From Candidatus Thorarchaeota archaeon (GTDB lineage: Archaea; Asgardarchaeota; Thorarchaeia; Thorarchaeales; Thorarchaeaceae), in assembly GCA_029855935.1 (NCBI GenBank), contig JAGSHN010000025.1, positions 32,001-96,000 of the forward strand: a DNA stretch of 64,000 nt, read 5' to 3'. Below are positions 1 to 8,201 of this stretch, piece after piece. Made by a program: the position numbers and the translations under genes. The notes beneath the pieces were generated by a model. That model saw nothing but the letters and a program-made list of their open reading frames with translations. It was not told the origin of the DNA and did no database searches. Positions within the stretch are counted from its first letter, which is position 1. Each line of letters opens with the position of its first letter.

Positions 1-922
1 CAAGTGAGTGCTCAATCTCCACAAGCAGGCCATCGTCAGACCAGAAGTCGTCCGTGGTGAGACCAAGGAGATGAGCCTCGGGCGTCGCCAGCCCCTCGAT
101 ATTGGCCAGCTCTATCGAGTTGGACTTTATCGTGGAGAAGATCCTCAGCGACCACGGCGACATGTCCACAAGGACGAGAATGGGAATCCCTTCATCAGCC
201 AGCCGTCGCACCCACGCCCTCATGTTTCGACCGGGCTGCCCGAACAGAGCACCGATGCCAATCCTGAGCTGCTCGGCCACGCCCAGCTCGATGAGGTTTC
301 TCGCCATCGCCTCCTTCTCCACAAGGACTGCAGCGTCTATGTTGGCCTCGTGAATCACCACATCGAAGGGACGTGACGATATGAACCAGCCGTACTCTCC
401 AACCTCGGCACAGTTCAGCCGTTTTCCAGAGAGGTCTGTGAGAGTGACATCGCCGTAGAAGGTGCCCTTTGGGGAGCTCACGACGCCGAACTCCTCTCTC
501 GGAACGGACTGGCCGCCGATGCGCAGTATACGTTCGCACAGGTTCACCAGCCGGTTAGTCTCGTTCTGATCGTGGATGCTCAAGACACGTTGCACACTGC
601 GCACCTTGTGCATGTAGTAGAAGTCCCTCAGGCTCATCGAGAGGCCCTGTTCGAGATGCTCTCTGAACCGTGTGAGACCATAGACTAGAAGTGCAATGGT
701 CCGCGCGCTGTCCACTCGGCAGCCGTCGATGAAGGAAGGCACCTCGTCCACAGGGCGATAGCCGTGCTCCTCGCTGTAGACGACGTTCTTCTTTGAAGAG
801 CCGTAATAGCCAATCTCTGGAAAGGCCCCGTCACTGATTGTGTCAGCGAGTGTCACCAGCACACTGTCGATCAGGTCGACGACACGCTGGCGCATTGCTG
901 TCGGTTCTGTCCTTGATGACAC
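1..922 (-). CDS. top6A: DNA topoisomerase VI subunit A / Spo11-like (runs off window start)
   Basis: Hand-translated; missing from the ORF track. GTG at 922 after GGAGG. Motifs LRDFYY (catalytic Tyr), VLVEKEA (Toprim Glu), GQPG, VDMSPW, LATPEA. Directly downstream of top6B. Confidence 0.88.
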   Translation of the reverse strand, partial: MSSRTEPTAMRQRVVDLIDSVLVTLADTISDGAFPEIGYYGSSKKNVVYSEEHGYRPVDEVPSFIDGCRVDSARTIALLVYGLTRFREHLEQGLSMSLRDFYYMHKVRSVQRVLSIHDQNETNRLVNLCERILRIGGQSVPREEFGVVSSPKGTFYGDVTLTDLSGKRLNCAEVGEYGWFISSRPFDVVIHEANIDAAVLVEKEAMARNLIELGVAEQLRIGIGALFGQPGRNMRAWVRRLADEGIPILVLVDMSPWSLRIFSTIKSNSIELANIEGLATPEAHLLGLTTDDFWSDDGLLVEIEHSL

Positions 923-926
923 GCCA

Positions 927-2492
927 TCAGCCTCCTTCCCCTCTTGAGGCAAAGAGCGAGTCCGCGTGTACTGGCCGGCCGAGCACATCCGAGAGAGTGC
1001 TAGCGATGAACTCGTAGTACTGACGCAGACGGTTCTGGCGCCTACGCCGTCTGTGCGCGCGATGGGCTCTGCGGACCGACTCGCCAATCCTCCGGAGACA
1101 CCACTTCAGACCGAGAGAGATCTCCCTCCGTACAGCGTCGACATCAGCAATATACTCCTTTCCAACGGTCTTGTAGGGCACACGAGTCGAGCAGATGTGG
1201 ACGACGAATGCCAGCGGGTCCTCTGGTCGGAGGCCGTAGTTGCGAAGGTTGAGTTGACGTATCACCCGCGTTGAGACATCAGACCCCTCATCATAGAGCA
1301 GAGGGATTCTGTTTGCGAATCTGTAGAGTCTGATGCCTGGCTGAAGTCCGCCTCCATACGCCACCGCGGTCTCGACTATGAAGGGGTGTCCCTCGTACAC
1401 GCTCGGCGCACGCTGGGTGACGGCACAGTGTTCAGGATTGAAACGTTGAAGGCCTGCTCTCAGGAACTCCACGCCGGCAGGCGACAGCGAGTCCGCAGTG
1501 GGTGCGGTGAACCCCCCGTAGGTGGCAAGAGCACGCATCAGGTTAACGAGCGCTTCATCGTCCAACGCCGCTGGAGAGAGGCTTGGGTCGAGACCAGCGT
1601 GACGCAGGAAGGCAAGGGCCGTCGTCTTTCCCACTCGCTGGAACGACCTTGTCATAAAGGAGAGCAGAGTCTTCGTGCGCGAGGTGGCTATCATCCTCTT
1701 CAGCGTCTCCACGTCAATCCCACGGGGATGAGGAAGGACCTCCCTCGGAGGACGTGGAAGGCCTCTGTAGACGCGGTCGAGGTCCAGCCGTGTTCCATCA
1801 GGACCGGTGAACCTCATCGATGCATATGGCACGATTATCGCCGTCTGGGTGAAGTACTCGAGAATCTTCGACTTGCTACGAAACCAGTCACCCTCGAGCT
1901 CGAAGGAGATCTCAGTCCCGTGCTCGCCCTCATCCTTCGGAAAGGCATCCTCAGCAAGGATGACAGGCTCGTTCCGCTCGATGTCAAGACGTATCACGAC
2001 ACGCACACCGGCGTCCTCTCCCGGCACAGAGCTCGTGACGACAATTGGGCTCTGGGTGGTGACCTGTCCGTACAACAATGCCAGGCTGCCGCCCAATCCG
2101 AACGTGCCACGGCTCTGACGGAGAGTGAACTTGGTCCCTGAGAGCATCTTTCCAATCAGCTGTGGGATAGCGCCTCGGGGAATGCCGGTACCATTGTCGC
2201 GCACAGTGAGCCGGAATACCTGAGGCGCAGACGTGATTGACAGCCTGCTATCGGAGGCGCCGTTCCGAGTCATCTCCAGTTGTACGGTGATGTCTGGCAG
2301 GACGTGGGCCTCATCACAGGCATCGAGGCTGTTCTCGACGAGCTCGCGGATGGAAACGTATAGCGACCTTGCGGGGTTATCAAAGCCTGCGATTGTCCTG
2401 TTTCTGTAGAACCAAGCAGATATCGACAGCTCGACGATCTCAGGTGCTGACCTCACGTACTGGTCTGTGCTGTGTTGTTGCAATGATTCCAT
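927..2492 (-). CDS. top6B: DNA topoisomerase VI subunit B
   Basis: GFDNP, RELVENSLDA, VRDNGTG and QSRGTFGLG GHKL motifs; RFANRIPLLYD and VPYKTVGKE transducer motifs. Confidence 0.96.
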   Translation of the reverse strand: MESLQQHSTDQYVRSAPEIVELSISAWFYRNRTIAGFDNPARSLYVSIRELVENSLDACDEAHVLPDITVQLEMTRNGASDSRLSITSAPQVFRLTVRDNGTGIPRGAIPQLIGKMLSGTKFTLRQSRGTFGLGGSLALLYGQVTTQSPIVVTSSVPGEDAGVRVVIRLDIERNEPVILAEDAFPKDEGEHGTEISFELEGDWFRSKSKILEYFTQTAIIVPYASMRFTGPDGTRLDLDRVYRGLPRPPREVLPHPRGIDVETLKRMIATSRTKTLLSFMTRSFQRVGKTTALAFLRHAGLDPSLSPAALDDEALVNLMRALATYGGFTAPTADSLSPAGVEFLRAGLQRFNPEHCAVTQRAPSVYEGHPFIVETAVAYGGGLQPGIRLYRFANRIPLLYDEGSDVSTRVIRQLNLRNYGLRPEDPLAFVVHICSTRVPYKTVGKEYIADVDAVRREISLGLKWCLRRIGESVRRAHRAHRRRRRQNRLRQYYEFIASTLSDVLGRPVHADSLFASRGEGG

Positions 2493-2708
2493 CCGGTCTC
2501 ATCCCCAGCGGCGGATCACGTTGGACAGAGGCTGGCAGCGCTATGAAGGACAGTATTGCCCGGGTAGTACAGGACCTGCTCTTTGACCAAGCGCCTCGCC
2601 ACCCCGGATTAGTGGCGTCGTGCGGTCAAGGTCACGTTCAGGAAGGCAAACGCTTAAGTGAGGCATGCGCCGAGCGCGCAACGGTCAAGGGCCTGAGAGT
2701 GTTAGCAG

Positions 2709-4100
2709 TTGGAGTATGATGTCGCAATAGTTGGTAGCGGTCCGGCAGGTATCCACTGCGCTCTCGAGCTGATAGACAAGCGACCAGACCTCAGGATTGC
2801 GATCATAGAGCGCGGCAAGCCCATAGAATACCGTCACTGCCCCAACTCAACAATTGCGAGAGGATGCAGGAAGTGCAATCCTTGTCACATCCTGGCAGGC
2901 TGGGGTGGTGCCGGCGCCTTTTCTGATGGAAAGCTGACCATCTCTACTCACGTTGGTGGCTGGCTCGATGAGATAATAGGCGAGGAGAAGCTGGCCGAGC
3001 TCATCGACTATGTGGACAAGAGATACCTCGAACACGGCGCCCCGAAGAAGCTCTACGGAGCCAGCCCGGACAAGATAGAGAAGTGGACTCGTAGAGCAGC
3101 TCTAGTGGAACTTCAGCTCATCCCACAGCAGATCAGGCACATGGGCCGAGAGGGCTGCATATCTGTGATGAGCAGCATGTACCAACAGGTCGCCGAAAAC
3201 GCAGAGGTCCTCTTTGATACTGAGGCGAAGGACATCCGTGTCGATGACAATACTGCCATTGGCATTGAGACAGGCAACGGGAGATTCATCAGCGCCCGGT
3301 ACGTTGTTGCTGCGCCGGGCCGTGTGGGAAATGAGTGGCTGGCCCAACAGGCGCGCCGACTCAGTCTGAGCACTGAGAACAACTATGTGGACATCGGCGT
3401 GAGAGTCGAGATACCAGCGCCAGTGATGGAGGACATTGCCAACGATCTCTACGAGCCAAAGCTCGTCTACTACTCGAAACGCTTCGACGACAAGGTCAGG
3501 TTATTCTGCTTCAACCCAGGCGGCGTTGTGACAACGGAGTACTATGATGAGATTCTGACGGTCAACGGGCAGTCGTTCGCCAATATGAAGACGCCAAACA
3601 CAAACTTCGCGCTCCTTGTCTCGACACGCTTCACGGCACCGTTTAAGCACCCAATCGCGTACGGCCAGCACATCGCCCGACTCGCCAATATGCTCGGCGA
3701 CGGAGTACTCGTCCAGCGTCTTGCGGACCTGCGCCGAGGGAAGAGGAGCACAAAGGAGCGGATCAGCAGGTCTACTGTCAAGCCCACGCTGCCCAGTGCA
3801 GAGCCCGGCGACCTTAGCTTTGCCCTGCCATACAGGCATCTCAGCTCGATTCTTGAGATGATTGATGCGCTCGACAAGCTATGCCCAGGCGTTGCATCCG
3901 ACAACGCCCTGCTCTACGGTGTCGAGGTCAAGTTCTACTCGGCACGAGTCAGGGTGAATGAGAATCTCGAAACGGAGATTCACAACCTCTATGCGGCTGG
4001 CGACGGGGCGGGTATAACACGGGGGCTGATGCAGGCCTCCGTCTCAGGCGTTATTGCTGCACGGGATATCCTACGCAAGGAGGGCAGCACCGACCAGTAG
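2709..4100 (+). CDS. FAD-dependent oxidoreductase (COG2509-like) with N-terminal Cys cluster
   Basis: GSGPAG Rossmann motif, C-x8-C-x2-C-x2-C, GGAGAFSDGKL, C-terminal GDGAGITRGL. Confidence 0.88.
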   Translation: MEYDVAIVGSGPAGIHCALELIDKRPDLRIAIIERGKPIEYRHCPNSTIARGCRKCNPCHILAGWGGAGAFSDGKLTISTHVGGWLDEIIGEEKLAELIDYVDKRYLEHGAPKKLYGASPDKIEKWTRRAALVELQLIPQQIRHMGREGCISVMSSMYQQVAENAEVLFDTEAKDIRVDDNTAIGIETGNGRFISARYVVAAPGRVGNEWLAQQARRLSLSTENNYVDIGVRVEIPAPVMEDIANDLYEPKLVYYSKRFDDKVRLFCFNPGGVVTTEYYDEILTVNGQSFANMKTPNTNFALLVSTRFTAPFKHPIAYGQHIARLANMLGDGVLVQRLADLRRGKRSTKERISRSTVKPTLPSAEPGDLSFALPYRHLSSILEMIDALDKLCPGVASDNALLYGVEVKFYSARVRVNENLETEIHNLYAAGDGAGITRGLMQASVSGVIAARDILRKEGSTDQ

Positions 4101-4183
4101 ACCCCCTGAGAGGGGTGTAACGAATAGCGTTATATTCAATTGGCGCACCCTCTGTCCTCTGAGCCCGGCGACGGTGAGTAGAT

Positions 4184-5083
4184 ATGGCAAGATGTTCGCT
4201 CTGCGGTAAAGAGGACCTGTGTTTCACCTGCCCCTATTGCAATGGCGTGTTCTGCGCCGAACACAGGCTGCCGGAGAGTCACGGCTGCGCTGGGATTCAG
4301 ATGGTCCAAGCACAGGCGAGGAAGAAGGCAGCTCAGGCGGTCGCGCCTCCTCCATCACCTCCGCAGCAGAGGAGATTCTTTGTGGTCCGGCCCCAGGCTG
4401 TGCGACCCGTGGCCGTACGGAGAGGAACTGGTCGGTTCTCGCAGACAGAGTTGAAACATCTTCTGATCTCAAGCGTGCTCGTCGTCTTGGTGGCAATCTC
4501 AATGATTGGCGGCCCACCTATGGGAATCGTGCGTGGCGCACAGCTCATCATCCTGTACGCAGTGCAGGGCTATGGCTGGTACCCTGCCATACTGATACTC
4601 GGTTTTCTGATCTCATTTCTCATTCACGAGTTCGCTCACAAGTTCACGGCTCAGCACTACGGACTCTGGTCGGAGTTCAGGATGATGGCTCAGGGCTATT
4701 ACCTCTCGTTGATTGCCATTCTTTTCTCCGTTCCCATCTTTGGCACTGGTGCCGTCTTCTCGGCCGGGAGCCCTACTCCCGAACAGGACGGGAAGATCAA
4801 TCTGGCGGGACCTGCATCGAATGCAGCAATTGCCATCTTCTGTACCATAGGGGCGGTCGTCTCGGCTGCACTTGGTGGTGGACTCAGTCCCGTTGCCGAC
4901 TTCGCCTTCTCCTATCTGATCCAACTCAATGCATTCTTGGGTCTGTTCAACATGATACCGTTCCAACCCCTTGACGGGGCGACCGTGATCAACTGGGACA
5001 AGAGAATCTGGCTGGCAATGGTCATTGTGCTTCTCGCGCTGTTGATAGTTGGCTACGTGGGGATATCGCTACTTGCCGCCTGA
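4184..5083 (+). CDS. AN1-type zinc finger fused to site-2 (M50) intramembrane metalloprotease
   Basis: N-terminal CxxC...CPYC...FCAEHRLPESHGC; HEFAH, LAGPASN and FNMIPFQPLDG motifs; several TM helices. Confidence 0.9.
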   Translation: MARCSLCGKEDLCFTCPYCNGVFCAEHRLPESHGCAGIQMVQAQARKKAAQAVAPPPSPPQQRRFFVVRPQAVRPVAVRRGTGRFSQTELKHLLISSVLVVLVAISMIGGPPMGIVRGAQLIILYAVQGYGWYPAILILGFLISFLIHEFAHKFTAQHYGLWSEFRMMAQGYYLSLIAILFSVPIFGTGAVFSAGSPTPEQDGKINLAGPASNAAIAIFCTIGAVVSAALGGGLSPVADFAFSYLIQLNAFLGLFNMIPFQPLDGATVINWDKRIWLAMVIVLLALLIVGYVGISLLAA

Positions 5084-5243
5084 ACCCTCAGGAGTGCCAG
5101 CATAGCGGTAGACTGCCTGTGGCGCCGAGGGCCCGCTGATTCAGGGCCCAGCACCTGAGATGTACCACCTGCTCGACGGGGGGCGGCCGTATGGTATGTC
5201 AGTTCGCGGGATGCCCGAGTCGGCGTGCGCCGTTTCGCAATGC

Positions 5244-5292
5244 TTATATACCAAATGGTCCCTAGCACTAGTGAACATCTAGTCCCTAGTGC
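5244..5292 (+). promoter_or_regulatory. TATA box plus inverted repeat upstream of hsp20-cdc48
   Basis: TTATATA at 5244-5250, then GCACTAG (5265-5271) and CTAGTGC (5286-5292) around the expected transcription start. Confidence 0.45.
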
Positions 5293-5375
5293 AGGATTAG
5301 ACAAGCACAGAAGCCCCTCGGTGACTCAGGGCGGTGCCACACCGCCCGGGGCTTCACTATGGAGGTATGTTCTGA

Positions 5376-5816
5376 ATGATAGAAGATGAGTTTGACAAGA
5401 TAGTACGCCAGATGTTCGAACACTTCTTCGGCACCACGATGCCGAAAGGCACCGAGGGGAGAGCAGTGTTCGAGTATAGAGCAATGGCCGTGCCACAGCC
5501 GACACCAAGAATGGACGAGAGGGACTCTGCTCAGCCAGAGGCCGAGAGGATAGACCTCGACGACCGTGTCGTGATTGTGGTCGACGGCGTTGAGGATGCG
5601 CATAGACCGGAGATAAGGGTCAAAGGTGGCAAGGTGACGCTGGACTTTGGGGGACAGGATATGGTATTCGACATACCCTTCAGCGTCGATGTTGATCAGT
5701 CCTATGCCACAGTCAGGAATGGTGTCCTGGAGCTCAATGTCGTGAAGTCTGAGGAACGGGGACAGGACGATTCTCACTCAGACACGGAAGAGGAAGGAAC
5801 AATAGGATACAGGTGA
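5376..5816 (+). CDS. Small heat shock protein (Hsp20/alpha-crystallin)
   Basis: VDVDQSYATVRNGVLEL alpha-crystallin signature; GGAGG SD; upstream of cdc48. Confidence 0.85.
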   Translation: MIEDEFDKIVRQMFEHFFGTTMPKGTEGRAVFEYRAMAVPQPTPRMDERDSAQPEAERIDLDDRVVIVVDGVEDAHRPEIRVKGGKVTLDFGGQDMVFDIPFSVDVDQSYATVRNGVLELNVVKSEERGQDDSHSDTEEEGTIGYR

Positions 5817-5838
5817 GTAGTTGGAAGGTGGTGAGAGA

Positions 5839-8025
5839 ATGAGCGAGCGAAAGGTGAGGCTCAAGGTCGCGGCGGCGATGCCGCGTGATCAGGGCAGATT
5901 TGTTGTGAGACTCAACGGAGAAGTCAGAAAAAAGCTGGGAATCAGTTCGGGAGACTACGTGCTACTCAAAGGCGCAAAGGAGACCGTAGCCGTCTGCTGG
6001 CCAGCCCTCCCTGAGGACGAGGTTCTCGAGATAGTGAGAATGGACGGTCTCATCCGTCAGAACGCAGGTGTCAAGCTCGGCGAGATGGTGGAGATCAGCC
6101 CAATCAATGTTCCGGAGGGCACCAGGGTTGTCCTCGCACCCAGCCAGCCAGTGAGGTTCCAGCGCGGCTTCGAGGAGTACGTCAAGCATCAGATAATGAA
6201 CAAGCCTGTCACGAGGGGGGACATCATAATGATTGCCTCTATCGGGCAGGGTCTGCAGTTCACGGTGACCGCAGCAGCACCAAGCAAGCATGTCAGGATT
6301 GGTCCTAAGACGACTGTCGAGGTGCTGACCAAACCAGCAAGGCCCGAGGAGGTTGCCGTCCCGCAGGTGACCTACGAGGACATTGGTGGCCTCGGGAAAG
6401 AGCTGCAGAAGATTCGCGAGATGATCGAGCTTCCCATGAAGAGCCCCGAGCTGTTCAAGAGGCTGGGGATAACTCCTCCAAAGGGAGTGCTGCTGTACGG
6501 CCCGCCAGGCACAGGCAAGACTCTGATAGCCAAGGCTGTTGCCAACGAGTCAGGTGCGACGTTCAAGGCGATCAATGGCCCAGAGATAATGTCCAAGTTC
6601 TACGGGGAGTCCGAGCAGAAGCTCCGCGAGGTGTTCGAGGAGGCTGAGAAGAACGCGCCAAGTATCATCTTCATTGATGAGCTCGACAGCATAGCGCCAA
6701 AGCGGGCTGAGGTAACTGGCGAGGTCGAGCGCAGAGTGGTTGCGCAGCTTCTGTCACTGATGGATGGACTTGCTGCTCGTGGCCAGGTCATCGTCATCGG
6801 CGCGACGAATCGACCTGACGATGTCGATGAGGCACTGAGACGTCCCGGTAGGTTCGACAGAGAGATCGAGATTCCAGTGCCCGACAAGAAAGGTCGCTTG
6901 GAGATCCTGCAGATTCACACAAGGTCTATGCCCCTGGAGGAGGGGCTGGATCTTGAGAAGCTGGCGGCACGGACACACGGCTTCGTCGGTGCAGACCTGG
7001 CCGCACTTGCGCGAGAGGCAGCAATGCAGGCCCTCAGGCGCGCACTGCCATATGTGGACCCTGAGACAGGCGACATCCCACCCGATGTGCTGAGCAATCT
7101 CTACGTCACAGAAGAGGACTTCGAGAAGGCACTTGCGGAGGTATCTCCGTCAGCGCTGCGCGAGGTCTTGGTTGAGAAGCCGAATGTCCACTGGGACGAT
7201 GTCGGTGGTCTGAAGAAGGTCAAGGAGCAGCTACGTGAGGCCGTCGAGGCGCCCCTGAAGTATCCCCACGTCTTCGAGCAGATGGGCATACGTCCGCCCA
7301 AGGGAGTCCTGCTCTTCGGTCCGCCTGGTACGGGCAAGACCCTCCTTGCAAAGGCGGTGGCAACGGAGAGCGAGGCGAACTTCATCTCAATCAGAGGACC
7401 CGAGATATTCAACAAGTACGTCGGTGAGTCTGAGAAAGCCATCCGGGAGATATTCAAGAAGGCGCGTCAGACAGCCCCGTGCGTACTGTTCTTCGACGAG
7501 ATAGACGCCATAATGAGCGCCCGTGGCCTCCGCGACGAGACCGGTGTCACACAGCGCATCGTGAACCAGTTTCTTGCGGAGCTGGACGGGATGCAGGCTC
7601 TGCGTAACGTACTCGTCATAGGTGCCACCAATAGGGCAGACATTCTTGACCCGGCAGTGCTACGGCCCGGCAGGTTCGACACGATAGTCTTCGTGCCTCC
7701 TCCCGACAGAGATGCAAGGGTGGAGATCCTCAAGGTTCACACGAGGAACATGCCCCTGGCCGATGATGTCGACCTCGCTGCGATCGCCGACAAGACAGAG
7801 GGCTTCTCCGGGGCGGACCTTGAGAACCTGTGCCGTGAGGCAGCAATGGCTGCCGTCAGGACCGACTGGAAGGTCAAGCCCGTACGGATGGAGCACTTTG
7901 AGATGGCCCTGAAGGAGGTGCGACCCAGCATCTCGCCAGAGGACATGAAGAGGTTTGAGGCGATGGCAGAGGTTGTCCTGAAACGGGACACGGGCCGGAA
8001 GGCAGAGCCCGCTGCGTACGTATGA
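5839..8025 (+). CDS. cdc48: CDC48/VCP (p97) family AAA+ ATPase
   Basis: N-domain plus two AAA modules (GPPGTGKT twice; IFIDELD and LFFDEID; RRPGRFD and LRPGRFD); C-terminal AYV HbYX-type motif. Confidence 0.97.
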   Translation: MSERKVRLKVAAAMPRDQGRFVVRLNGEVRKKLGISSGDYVLLKGAKETVAVCWPALPEDEVLEIVRMDGLIRQNAGVKLGEMVEISPINVPEGTRVVLAPSQPVRFQRGFEEYVKHQIMNKPVTRGDIIMIASIGQGLQFTVTAAAPSKHVRIGPKTTVEVLTKPARPEEVAVPQVTYEDIGGLGKELQKIREMIELPMKSPELFKRLGITPPKGVLLYGPPGTGKTLIAKAVANESGATFKAINGPEIMSKFYGESEQKLREVFEEAEKNAPSIIFIDELDSIAPKRAEVTGEVERRVVAQLLSLMDGLAARGQVIVIGATNRPDDVDEALRRPGRFDREIEIPVPDKKGRLEILQIHTRSMPLEEGLDLEKLAARTHGFVGADLAALAREAAMQALRRALPYVDPETGDIPPDVLSNLYVTEEDFEKALAEVSPSALREVLVEKPNVHWDDVGGLKKVKEQLREAVEAPLKYPHVFEQMGIRPPKGVLLFGPPGTGKTLLAKAVATESEANFISIRGPEIFNKYVGESEKAIREIFKKARQTAPCVLFFDEIDAIMSARGLRDETGVTQRIVNQFLAELDGMQALRNVLVIGATNRADILDPAVLRPGRFDTIVFVPPPDRDARVEILKVHTRNMPLADDVDLAAIADKTEGFSGADLENLCREAAMAAVRTDWKVKPVRMEHFEMALKEVRPSISPEDMKRFEAMAEVVLKRDTGRKAEPAAYV

Positions 8026-8060
8026 ACGGACGGGTCTCAGCCTGAAGACTAGGAGGAAAT

Positions 8061-8110
8061 GCCAGCGGCGAGAACGGCCGTTGGCCCCTCCCCATCTTCC
8101 TCTCTTTTTC
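8061..8110 (+). terminator. Hairpin plus pyrimidine/U5 terminator after cdc48
   Basis: GCCAGCGGC/GCCGTTGGC stem followed by CCCATCTTCCTCTCTTTTTC. Confidence 0.55.
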
Positions 8111-8201
8111 CCACGCATTCCCTCTCCGGGTGAGATGAAATATCCCTATAAGGGAGAGTTCTAGTCGCTACAGTGCACGGTACTAGGGAGTGACACTGGC
8201 T

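Noticed and set aside
8-539. Short ORF-track calls at the window start
   Set aside because: They overlap the truncated minus-strand top6A frame, which carries clear family motifs.
5262-5295. CIRCE (HrcA) element
   Set aside because: The half-sites resemble TTAGCACTC but the spacing is not N9, and there is no hrcA in the window.
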